Shown here: positions 20,821-29,280 of the stretch, piece after piece
How positions within the stretch are numbered: the first letter of the stretch is position 1
Layout of the letters: each line of letters starts with the position of its first letter
Assembly (NCBI GenBank): GCA_048938855.1
Contig: JBHLLT010000015.1
Span: 1 to 64,000 of the forward strand
Length of the DNA: 64,000 bases
Direction: 5' to 3'
Source: Promethearchaeota archaeon
GTDB taxonomy: Archaea; Asgardarchaeota; Lokiarchaeia; Sigyniarchaeales; SOKP01
Program-made: the position numbers and the translations under genes
The notes under the pieces: model-generated
The model's database searches: none
Seen by the model: the letters and a program-made list of their open reading frames with translations, nothing else
Told to the model about the DNA's origin: nothing

Positions 20821-21192
20821 TCATTCTTTAATTATATTCAATATTTCATTTATTCCAAGAATAAGATCGTTTGTAACCTCAACATCAACACGAATATTTT
20901 TATAAACTGGTTCCTCATTAACAATTCCAGTTATTTGATTTGCCCAAATTGAGACAGGCATGTTTATGAATCCAACTGGAACATTCTTATCCTCTTCTGG
21001 TCTGATGACAACAGAGCCAAAATTATTTATTAATCTGAGATTTAACTTTGGAGTTAAGTTTAACTTTTTGAAATCATCAGGATTGATGAATCCAATAGCT
21101 AATTTTTCTTTCAAAGAATTAAAATCTCCAAAAGAATATTCCCTGACTTGATCATTATCTACCCTCCTTATAGTATTTACAATCAGTTTCAT
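20821..21192 (-). CDS. fwdD: FwdD-like molybdopterin dinucleotide-binding protein
   Basis: INP.D...L, N.FGSVV, G.I.MP..IWAN, P.YK. Confidence 0.75.
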   Translation of the reverse strand: MKLIVNTIRRVDNDQVREYSFGDFNSLKEKLAIGFINPDDFKKLNLTPKLNLRLINNFGSVVIRPEEDKNVPVGFINMPVSIWANQITGIVNEEPVYKNIRVDVEVTNDLILGINEILNIIKE

Positions 21193-21196
21193 ATTT

Positions 21197-22501
21197 TCAA
21201 CTCTCCCTTAATCTATTAAAAATATTATTTAAAATTTCTACATCAGAAAGAACCTCACTTGGTGGGTTTAATATCTTTTTTAGCTCTATAGGGACATGAT
21301 CTAATCGATAAACTAGTCCTTCACATTCAATACCAGTTATAGCTGAAGGGATGATAACATCCGCAGCTAAGGATGATGCAGATTGTTTATTGTCAATAAG
21401 AATTAAAGGTCTTTTCAACAATTTCTTACTCAAACTTAAAGGTAAGTGTGAAACTGGATCAGTTCCTACAATTATCGAGCAATCAAAATCCTCTTTATCT
21501 ATTTTAGAAATAATTGTATCGGTAGTTTCACTTAACTGACTGTTTGAAAATTGCAAACTATGATTCTTTCCATAACTTGATAGAGCAACATGCTCAAATC
21601 CTACCATATTATAATGTCCACCTAACATTATTACAGAGATTCGTCCTTTTTCCTGCTTAACATTTACTAACTGTACCAACTCAAGCAGTTCTTTAATAAC
21701 ATCTTCTCCCGATTGAGGTTTTAAAAGTCCTTGCCCTATAAAAATAACACCATTCTCCGCTCCAGTTAAATGAAGCAATAATCTCTTGAGATCATGTTTA
21801 TCAATACCAGCTACGCCCATTTCTGGGATACTGTCTGTAGTACAACATTCTTCTTTCAAAACACGTATTAAATCAATATCTTTTCCACTTTCAATTTGAA
21901 GTGCTACATCTCTTACACCCATAACACCAAATGAAGCAGTTTTTACTGGATCTATTACAATCAAAGTTTTAATTTCCCTTCCCGTCATTCTAAACTTTCC
22001 TCTAGAAAAGAGAGTTTTATTTAATAAACGTGGAATAGATTCTGCAGCATTAGCGCCCCATAAGATTAATAAATCTGCTTTATTAATAATTTCTGTTATC
22101 GTAGTTAGAGTTATTCCAGTTTCTTTTGCTTTATTTAATATTTTTCCTTGACATATCACAGAATTAGAATCTATAAACCCATTAATTAACTCTGCTAACT
22201 CAATACCCTTTAGTTGAGCTTCACAACTCGTAGTGGAAAAACCATATAATAGAGGTTTAGAAGATTTTTTTATAATATTAATGGCTTTATCTATAGATTC
22301 TTCTAATGTTACTTTCTCTAATTCACCATTTTTTCTAATAAGAGGATTTAAGATTCGATTTTTGGCGGTAATTTGATCAAATCTTTCTTTTCCTTTCAAA
22401 CATGCCCCTACGACCTCATCAATATATAAACCATCACTTCTTATAATTATATCATCACATAAAAGTGAACAACCTGAACATGTAACTCGTTTACTAACCA
22501 T
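21197..22501 (-). CDS. fwdB: Formylmethanofuran dehydrogenase subunit B-like (divergent)
   Basis: CSGCSLLCDDI...C.KG, PLLYG.STT.CEA, WGAN, GHYN, YRLD.VP. Confidence 0.8.
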   Translation of the reverse strand: MVSKRVTCSGCSLLCDDIIIRSDGLYIDEVVGACLKGKERFDQITAKNRILNPLIRKNGELEKVTLEESIDKAINIIKKSSKPLLYGFSTTSCEAQLKGIELAELINGFIDSNSVICQGKILNKAKETGITLTTITEIINKADLLILWGANAAESIPRLLNKTLFSRGKFRMTGREIKTLIVIDPVKTASFGVMGVRDVALQIESGKDIDLIRVLKEECCTTDSIPEMGVAGIDKHDLKRLLLHLTGAENGVIFIGQGLLKPQSGEDVIKELLELVQLVNVKQEKGRISVIMLGGHYNMVGFEHVALSSYGKNHSLQFSNSQLSETTDTIISKIDKEDFDCSIIVGTDPVSHLPLSLSKKLLKRPLILIDNKQSASSLAADVIIPSAITGIECEGLVYRLDHVPIELKKILNPPSEVLSDVEILNNIFNRLRES

Positions 22502-22543
22502 ATTTCACAACCTTTTTAACTAAATCAAATAAAGATTAAATAC

Positions 22544-23029
22544 TCACACATAATCAATTTTTACAGCTTCACGTGGACAATAAGTCTCACAAACTCGACA
22601 TTCTCTTTCTCTTCCTTCTGCTTCAATCCTTCGACAATGCTCTATTGCTAATAATTCACACTTCCCTCCCTTAACTTGAAACAATTGATGTTTTTCAGGG
22701 GGATAATCAGGAGCTTTACCGCTTAAAGTTGGAGGACAATACCTTGCATTAACGGGGCATACGGTAACACAAATTCCACAACCGTCACATAATTCAGTAT
22801 CTACATCGATTTTAAGCTCTTTTTCTTTTCCTTCTTCAGCACCTATTAGATCTTTTAACATGTCATAATTTTTTTTATATTTGGGCTCTAAAAGTGGAGT
22901 ACAATCATCAATTTTTACTTTTCCCTGTAATAAATCTAAAGCAAAAGCCATACAGGTTGGTTTCCCACACTTTTTGCAATTAGTTTTCGGTAGAAATTTA
23001 TACAGTTCCATAAAATTACTTACTGGAAT
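22544..23029 (-). CDS. Fe-S protein: putative FeS domain plus 4Fe-4S dicluster (FwdG-like role); probable ATT start at 23029
   Basis: LPKTNCKKCG.PTCMAFA, CDGCGICVTVCP, C..CETYCP. Confidence 0.8.
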   Translation of the reverse strand: MPVSNFMELYKFLPKTNCKKCGKPTCMAFALDLLQGKVKIDDCTPLLEPKYKKNYDMLKDLIGAEEGKEKELKIDVDTELCDGCGICVTVCPVNARYCPPTLSGKAPDYPPEKHQLFQVKGGKCELLAIEHCRRIEAEGRERECRVCETYCPREAVKIDYV

Positions 23030-23265
23030 TTAAAATCACCTTCAAAAATTATTTATTCTACGCATTTCAGTATTGAAGAATATTCATAGATTTATTAATT
23101 TCTTTAGTTTATGTATTATAAAATACTCATTATATGAATTAAATTTAGAAACTGAAACTGGGTAAAATTTCATATTTTATTAACAAAAAAATTAAAACGA
23201 CTCAATTTTTCTTTTAATCAACTATTTATAAGTTTAAGATAAAATCATTAAAATTGAGGATAATT

Positions 23266-24117
23266 ATGTCTGAAGAAGAGATTCCGGATATTAATTTAAA
23301 AGAAATGATGTTAGATGAAAGAGAGAAGAATATCAGAAAAAACATGGAAAATATTAAACATAAAATCGTAATAATATCTGGGAAGGGTGGTGTAGGAAAA
23401 ACTACAGTTGCCACCAACCTTGCCATGAGTTTAGCTAGTGTAGGATTGAGAGTTGGTATTCTTGATGTAGATATTACAGGCCCAAATGTTATTAAAATGC
23501 TTGGTGTCAGTTCAGAGTTAAAACCTCGAGTTGATGTGGAAGCTAAAAAATTTTACCCTATTGATGGTCCTTTAAAACTAAAAGTTATGAGTATGGCATT
23601 TTTGACACTTACTCCGGATGAGCCTGTTATTTGGCGTGGTCCTATGAAGATGAGTGCTGTCAGACAATTTTTAGGGGACGCAGAATGGGGTGAGCTTGAT
23701 TATTTGATATGTGATTTACCTCCTGGCACATCTGATGAAACTTTAGATATTTTACAATTAATACCTGATGAGAATGTTGTTATAGTTACAACTCCTCAAG
23801 AAGTTGCCTTGATGGATGCTAGAAAGACTATTAAAATGGCTATGGTGATGCAAAGAAAGATACTTGGAATAATTGAGAATATGGCTGGTTTTAATTGTCC
23901 ACATTGTGGAGAATTCATCGACTTATATCCTCCTGGTGGTGCTCAAAAAGCAAGTACTGATTTTAATATTCCAGTAATAGGCACAATCCCATTTGAAACT
24001 GAAGTTAGCCAACAAGGTGATCAAGGGTTACCATTTATTTTAAAATATCCTGAGAGTAAATCTGCTAAAGCATTTAAGGAAACAGTTAAAAAAATAAGAG
24101 AATTACTAGAAAAATAA
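23266..24117 (+). CDS. mrp: Mrp/NBP35 (ApbC) Fe-S carrier ATPase
   Basis: SGKGGVGKTT, WRGP, DLPPGT.D, ENM...CPHC. Confidence 0.92.
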   Translation: MSEEEIPDINLKEMMLDEREKNIRKNMENIKHKIVIISGKGGVGKTTVATNLAMSLASVGLRVGILDVDITGPNVIKMLGVSSELKPRVDVEAKKFYPIDGPLKLKVMSMAFLTLTPDEPVIWRGPMKMSAVRQFLGDAEWGELDYLICDLPPGTSDETLDILQLIPDENVVIVTTPQEVALMDARKTIKMAMVMQRKILGIIENMAGFNCPHCGEFIDLYPPGGAQKASTDFNIPVIGTIPFETEVSQQGDQGLPFILKYPESKSAKAFKETVKKIRELLEK

Positions 24118-24514
24118 TATTTTTCAACTTTTTTATAAGAGTAACATAAAAATTTTAAAAGGTAAGCTAATTCCATGAGTAGGACAAGATAAAATTAATT
24201 AAAGTCCAAGACTCTGAGCATTTCAATTTAGCCTCCGCAATTACTTGCCCACGTTTAAAACACAGAAGTATTTTATTTATGAAATAGTATATGAAGTTAT
24301 CAAAATTTCAAAATTTTAATTAACTATTTTTTCCTCCGAGCAACTTTGTTTGTACCACCAACACGAAATTATAAAGCTTCATAACTTCAACTATCAGAGT
24401 GTATACCTATTTTCCAGATAATATATCCTATTATTAGATTATAATTTAGATGATTTTATTAACGTAAATAGACTTTAGTTTTATAGGTATTTACTAATAA
24501 TAACGGGGATTATT

Positions 24515-25003
24515 ATTACTGAGGATTATAAACTTCTAAAGGGTATTGTGATTTGTAAAGAATCTGGGGAGTATCTTCTTGATCTTATTTTAGATTCAAA
24601 AATTAATCCAGTTTTATTGTCGTCTTTTGTAGGTGCTTTAGGATTATTCGGCGAAAATTTAGGACAGATTGAAGAAATCACCATTAAGGGTCTCGATGTA
24701 GAGATGATTATAGTATATAAATATAATTTAATTTTCGTAGCGATTCTTGACAAAGAATTTGTAAAACACGATATGAGACAAGAGGCAGAAAAATCATTAG
24801 ATATGTTCTACTCATTATATCATAGAGAAATTGAAGAAAACTGTAATGAAGTTAGTCAATTTACATCGTTTAAAAATATTTTATTCACACAAATAGAAGA
24901 ATACTTCAATAGAATCAAAGAATCAGAAAGGCGTCTTGAAATTGGTGATTTTGGATTCTTTACCGATGCTATTAAAAAATTGAGAACTAACACTATCAAC
25001 TAA
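24515..25003 (+). CDS. Longin/roadblock-like small protein (probable ATT start at 24515; track GTG 24548)
   Basis: beta-beta-alpha(LLSSFVGAL..F)-beta-beta-beta-alpha pattern. Confidence 0.5.
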   Translation: MTEDYKLLKGIVICKESGEYLLDLILDSKINPVLLSSFVGALGLFGENLGQIEEITIKGLDVEMIIVYKYNLIFVAILDKEFVKHDMRQEAEKSLDMFYSLYHREIEENCNEVSQFTSFKNILFTQIEEYFNRIKESERRLEIGDFGFFTDAIKKLRTNTIN

Positions 25004-25884
25004 AAATCTTTATTCTTTTTTTTGAAGATTAAATCTCCAATTTTCACTTTAAAGATTCTTTCCATTAGGTTACATTTTGCTTTTAATAAATAGTAGACCT
25101 CTTTTTGAGGAATCTCCATACCATATAGACTCTCAAAATTTCCTTGACCTTTGGATAAAATCACACCATTCTCCATAAAAAAATGCTTTTTAAATTTCTC
25201 TGTTGCTTCAGATAGAATTATTCCTGGAGCATCATTTGATTCAATTACTTCTATTAAATCGGTCAAACTAATAAATTTAGCATCTTCAAGGGTGGCATCA
25301 TTAATTATTGGTTTTGATCTCACAGAATAAACAATTTCTAAATCGGGGTAATACTTTTTAAGGATCAGAATTAGAATTTTATCGAAGACTATTTCACCAG
25401 CATTATCACCAAGAATTAATAAATGTGTGGTATTATCAAGTGATTTTCGAAATTTTATATAGTCATTTATAACTAAATCCTCCATAGCAAAATTATAGAC
25501 ATCAGATATGAGGTCAATTTCATGTTGACTGGCAAAATCAATTGTATTTCCTAAAGCTGATGCCAAAATAGCTTTAGATAGTGGGTCGTTCGCATTTTCA
25601 ATTACATTTACAATTTCTCCAAAATATTTCATAACTAGGCTATTATATTGCATTTTTAAATTATAATATGGATCATTATCATTCAAAAGATCTGAAATTA
25701 TATTGTATGTAATTTTCCCTAGATAAGGAGCTGCTCGTTGTTCTATGTCAAAATTTATTAAATATTCCATGAGTTCTTTCTGAGCTTTAATAATTACCTT
25801 TCTAGAAAAATCAGGCTTTAGTAATCTAAAGGCTTTAAGCATTTGATTAAAAAGACAACCAATACACTCTGGTTCTAATTTCAT
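25000..25884 (-). CDS. ARMT1-like / DUF89 damage-control phosphatase
   Basis: ECIGC, GNTIDF, DNAGEIVFD, PIINDAT, KGQGNFESL. Confidence 0.9.
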   Translation of the reverse strand: MKLEPECIGCLFNQMLKAFRLLKPDFSRKVIIKAQKELMEYLINFDIEQRAAPYLGKITYNIISDLLNDNDPYYNLKMQYNSLVMKYFGEIVNVIENANDPLSKAILASALGNTIDFASQHEIDLISDVYNFAMEDLVINDYIKFRKSLDNTTHLLILGDNAGEIVFDKILILILKKYYPDLEIVYSVRSKPIINDATLEDAKFISLTDLIEVIESNDAPGIILSEATEKFKKHFFMENGVILSKGQGNFESLYGMEIPQKEVYYLLKAKCNLMERIFKVKIGDLIFKKKNKDF

Positions 25885-25961
25885 AATTGTTCATTTGAGA
25901 TTATTATAAATAATAAAAAAAAAGAAAAAATATAAAGATTAAAAATTCAAACTTCGAGATG

Positions 25962-27290
25962 TTATAATTCTTGGATTGCTTTTTGTTTCGCAAGTTTTTC
26001 TTCTTCTGTAAGTTGGGGCTCTCCACGCTTTACAAAGAACATAAGGACTAATGCAATTATTAAAAAGATTGCTCCATTTAAAACTAAAGTATAAGGAGGG
26101 CTGATTAAAGGATTATTGAATAGATCTGTTAACGCTCCTAAGATATATGGACCAGTAATCGCAGCTAGGAAAGAAAAGAAGTAATAGATACCTGTATATG
26201 TTCCTATTTTTTCACTAGATGGTGCTAATTCCCAAATTATTACAATTGAATTGACATTCACAAAGGACCAGCCAATTCCAGCAAATACTAACAGAATAAT
26301 TACAGGGATTAATGCCGCAGCTCTCATAAATCCAACAAAGAATATTACGAAAAGGCAAGTAATCATGATTGCTAGACCTATCTTGATCGCATTTCTTCTA
26401 CCAATTTTTCCTGCAATAATCGCAAAAGGATACGCAAATATTATTATAGGTAAAGCTACAAAAAATGCTAGAAAACCTGAGAAGTCATCAGATTGTAATA
26501 ATACATTAGTTCCATATAAAGTGAGTAAAGCTGCTAAACCTTGGAAAGCAACAAACCATGAGAAAATAGCAAGCCCCATAATCAATGTACTTTTATCTTT
26601 TTCCCGTAAAATATCTTTAAAGCTACTAATTAATCCTGGTCTTTCTGATCCGCCTTTAATTTTTCTACCTTCTAATTTTTCTTTTTCTAATAAAGCCTGA
26701 TAACTATACGAATCTTTTTCTTTTACTTTCCATACCAAGACGAATAAAGAAATTATCATTAAAACAGAAGCGATAATGAATGATCCTTGTAATGTTATTA
26801 ATCCTGCTATCAAACTTAAGCCATAGCCAAATACACCCCCAAGACCACCCATCATATTAATAATTGCATTCCCCTTACTCCTATTTACAGGTTTAACAAA
26901 ATCTGGCATCAATGAAACCGCTTGTGATCGATAGAAGCCCATAGCTACACTAAAAAAAAACATCCAGATAATTAATTGGAATAAATTCTGTTGAGTCGGT
27001 AATAAAGTAAAAAAGACTGCAGCTGAAGGTATTCCAATGATGATATAAGGCATTCTTCTACCTAATTTTGTACGTGTGTTATCAGAAACTGACCCCATAA
27101 TTGGTTGGAGAATCACACCGATGATATTATCAAGTGCCATCCACACTCCCACGAATCCTAGAAAGACTAAATAAGTTTCTAAGAGCCTACTCACTCTCGC
27201 ATTATATAAGCTCCATGCTATTTCAGTTGTAAAGAATGCTAGGCCTATGAAAAAAATAAGACTTGTTTTAATCTTTTTTTCTTCTCCCAT
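25962..27290 (-). CDS. MFS sugar transporter (SLC45/GPH-like)
   Basis: SDNTRTKLGRRMPYI, about 12 TMs. Confidence 0.85.
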   Translation of the reverse strand: MGEEKKIKTSLIFFIGLAFFTTEIAWSLYNARVSRLLETYLVFLGFVGVWMALDNIIGVILQPIMGSVSDNTRTKLGRRMPYIIIGIPSAAVFFTLLPTQQNLFQLIIWMFFFSVAMGFYRSQAVSLMPDFVKPVNRSKGNAIINMMGGLGGVFGYGLSLIAGLITLQGSFIIASVLMIISLFVLVWKVKEKDSYSYQALLEKEKLEGRKIKGGSERPGLISSFKDILREKDKSTLIMGLAIFSWFVAFQGLAALLTLYGTNVLLQSDDFSGFLAFFVALPIIIFAYPFAIIAGKIGRRNAIKIGLAIMITCLFVIFFVGFMRAAALIPVIILLVFAGIGWSFVNVNSIVIIWELAPSSEKIGTYTGIYYFFSFLAAITGPYILGALTDLFNNPLISPPYTLVLNGAIFLIIALVLMFFVKRGEPQLTEEEKLAKQKAIQEL

Positions 27291-27420
27291 ATCTTTTCAC
27301 TAGACTAAATTTTTTGTTTAATAAATGAGTTTAAAATTATCTTGTTTCTTCTTATATTTATATGTTCTATATAATTTGACCATAGAATTTTTTGACATTA
27401 GAAACATAAAAAAAGAAAAA

Positions 27421-27573
27421 TTAAAAATTAATTTCAATTTTAATATTTTCTATCTTTTCAGGCATTCCCTTTGTGGTCTTTAAATAACCAAGGATAATAT
27501 TAGCTAACATCTCTTGCATAAAATCTTTTAAAGGGATTTTCCGCTCATTTACAGTTAGGTTTGTGGTAGTCAT
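27421..27573 (-). CDS. 50-aa protein resembling the MobB C-terminal-type small domain (not in ORF track)
   Basis: MTTTNLTVNERKIPLKDFMQEMLANIILGYLKTTKGMPEKIENIKIEINF*, clean ATG to TAA. Confidence 0.6.
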   Translation of the reverse strand: MTTTNLTVNERKIPLKDFMQEMLANIILGYLKTTKGMPEKIENIKIEINF

Positions 27574-27674
27574 ACTTGAATTAAAATTTCTGATTTTTTA
27601 AAATTTGGGATTATGAAATGAATAATATCAAAAAAGAGTTTGAATTATTCTTATTATTAAAAATAGCAACTATG

Positions 27675-27742
27675 ACCGAAACCATTGCTTGGTAGGTCTT
27701 CTTGTTACTAATCTTTTTTTAACAAGATTCATTCCTTTCGGT
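27675..27742 (-). promoter_or_regulatory. Eukaryote-like SECIS element
   Basis: A-UGAA | UCUUGUUA | AAAAAAGAUUAG | UAACAAGA | AGAC: AUGA/GA core, perfect 8-bp helix, A-rich loop; closed by ACCGAAA/UUUCGGU. Confidence 0.75.
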
Positions 27743-27744
27743 TT

Positions 27745-27957
27745 TTATATTAGAATTATAAAGTAAATCAGTATTTGGTAATTAATAAAATAATTTGTCA
27801 TCGACTGGATGATTTGAGGAGGAAGTATGAAACCACCTCAACCACAACTTCCATTCGTACCCGCATTTACTAGAATCATAGTAACAACTGTAATAATTGC
27901 CCCAAGTCCTACTACACTTAAAATAATCACGAGTAATTTTCTAAGATCTTCTCTCAT
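27745..27957 (-). CDS. Candidate 70-aa membrane selenoprotein with CxU motif (UGA at 27838-27840 read as Sec)
   Basis: MREDLRKLLVIILSVVGLGAIITVVTMILVNAGTNGSCG(U)GGFILPPQIIQSMTNYFINYQILIYFIILI*; SECIS immediately 3'. Confidence 0.7.
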
Positions 27958-28052
27958 TATTTTTATATCTAAACCAATTTGATTAATATTATATTTTATT
28001 AGGAAGCTTTTCCTAAAAATATTAACTGAAAGTAAATGCTAAAGCGTCTAGT

Positions 28053-29078
28053 TTAAGAACTTGAGCCTTCTTTATGTTTAAATATTGTATAAATTCCTAT
28101 AATAAGCGTAAATAGTGCAAAGAAAATCCATAATATTTGAACCTGAAGTATTCGTTGTTCTAATATTATTCCAGGGGCGAGAGGAGTAATTACTGCTTGC
28201 CAAATTTTCATAATTTGAGTTACAAGTTTAGTGAGAACTAAGAATAATGCTATGTTATCAACTCTAAATATCTTAAGTTTCTCCTTTATATAGTCAACTC
28301 TTTCATAGATTGAACCGATAATATATATGAATAATAGTAAATCGATGAAAAATGAAAAAATATCATAAGGGCCACTGTCGCTAAAGATGATTTCTGCTAA
28401 AATATCCACAACAAGATAAACAACATAAAAGTAGGTTAACATCATAAATAACGAAATATAAGCAGCTAATTTCTTAGTAAATATTAATCTAATTAGAGTA
28501 ATCCCTATTATTGTTACTACGATTAGAAAAAGCCAAAAGAAACTTCTGGGTATATTAGAAGTTGCTGTGAGGGGGATACTAGTAAAAAATCTAATTGCTA
28601 GAGAGATAAACCACCATATGAGAAAGAAGAAAAAAGAAAATTCGAGAATTCGTGTGAATACTCTGGAGCGTTTTTTCTTGTACAAGTAATCATCAACTTT
28701 TATTGAACTATCCATACATAGTTTATAAGCAAAAAACGCAATTAAAATGGAATCTGTAATGGCAAAAAATCTATATATATAAATTACGATCCATCTAAAA
28801 ATCCAGAAAACGGGTATTGCTAATATTGCAAAAATTATGGCGATAATTATTATTAGGGCGCCCATTTCATTAATCGGTTTGAAAAATGAGATTATAAATA
28901 ACACGAGTGTAAATACTGCTAATGTTCCAATAAAAAATAAAAAATAAAAACCAAGTTCATAATTTCTAAAAATATCAATTATAAAAGTGAAGAGAAACCA
29001 AGATATGATGAATATAATAGCAATAATCAATAAGAGGGTTTTTTTTGAAAGGTTCTTTAGACCTTTAATAAATCTCAT
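28053..29078 (-). CDS. Hypothetical multi-pass membrane protein
   Basis: 341-aa ORF with about 10 hydrophobic segments. Confidence 0.7.
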   Translation of the reverse strand: MRFIKGLKNLSKKTLLLIIAIIFIISWFLFTFIIDIFRNYELGFYFLFFIGTLAVFTLVLFIISFFKPINEMGALIIIIAIIFAILAIPVFWIFRWIVIYIYRFFAITDSILIAFFAYKLCMDSSIKVDDYLYKKKRSRVFTRILEFSFFFFLIWWFISLAIRFFTSIPLTATSNIPRSFFWLFLIVVTIIGITLIRLIFTKKLAAYISLFMMLTYFYVVYLVVDILAEIIFSDSGPYDIFSFFIDLLLFIYIIGSIYERVDYIKEKLKIFRVDNIALFLVLTKLVTQIMKIWQAVITPLAPGIILEQRILQVQILWIFFALFTLIIGIYTIFKHKEGSSS

Positions 29079-29280
29079 TTTAACTTTCTCATGATGTTTT
29101 GATATAAAATTTGTAAATATCCAATGTGTTAAATAATTTTATTATAAAACTACCTAAAAATTCACTTTTGTGTATAAAACCAATAAAAACTTTTGCTTTA
29201 CTCTTTTTAAATTATTAAAAAAATCTTTTTATCTTTCAAATAATTCTCAAACATATAATAATATTTAAGTGAATAGGTTA

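Noticed and set aside
21197-22501. FwdB as a selenoprotein (FwuB-like)
   Set aside because: The metal-ligand position is a TGT Cys codon and the ORF has no in-frame TGA.
24170-24420. Possible element remnant with TGAAGTTAT/ATAACTTCA inverted repeat
   Set aside because: Only 9 bp in AT-rich DNA; no transposase-like translation or target duplication recognised.
27674-27698. Plus-strand GACC-GAA-ACCA...TGGT-A-GGTC resembling a methanogen-type GAA/A SECIS
   Set aside because: Wrong strand for the UGA-containing gene, and no plus-strand UGA gene upstream.
27670-27732. 20-aa ORF MNLVKKRLVTRRPTKQWFRS (minus)
   Set aside because: It lies within the SECIS; its ATG is the AUGA core.
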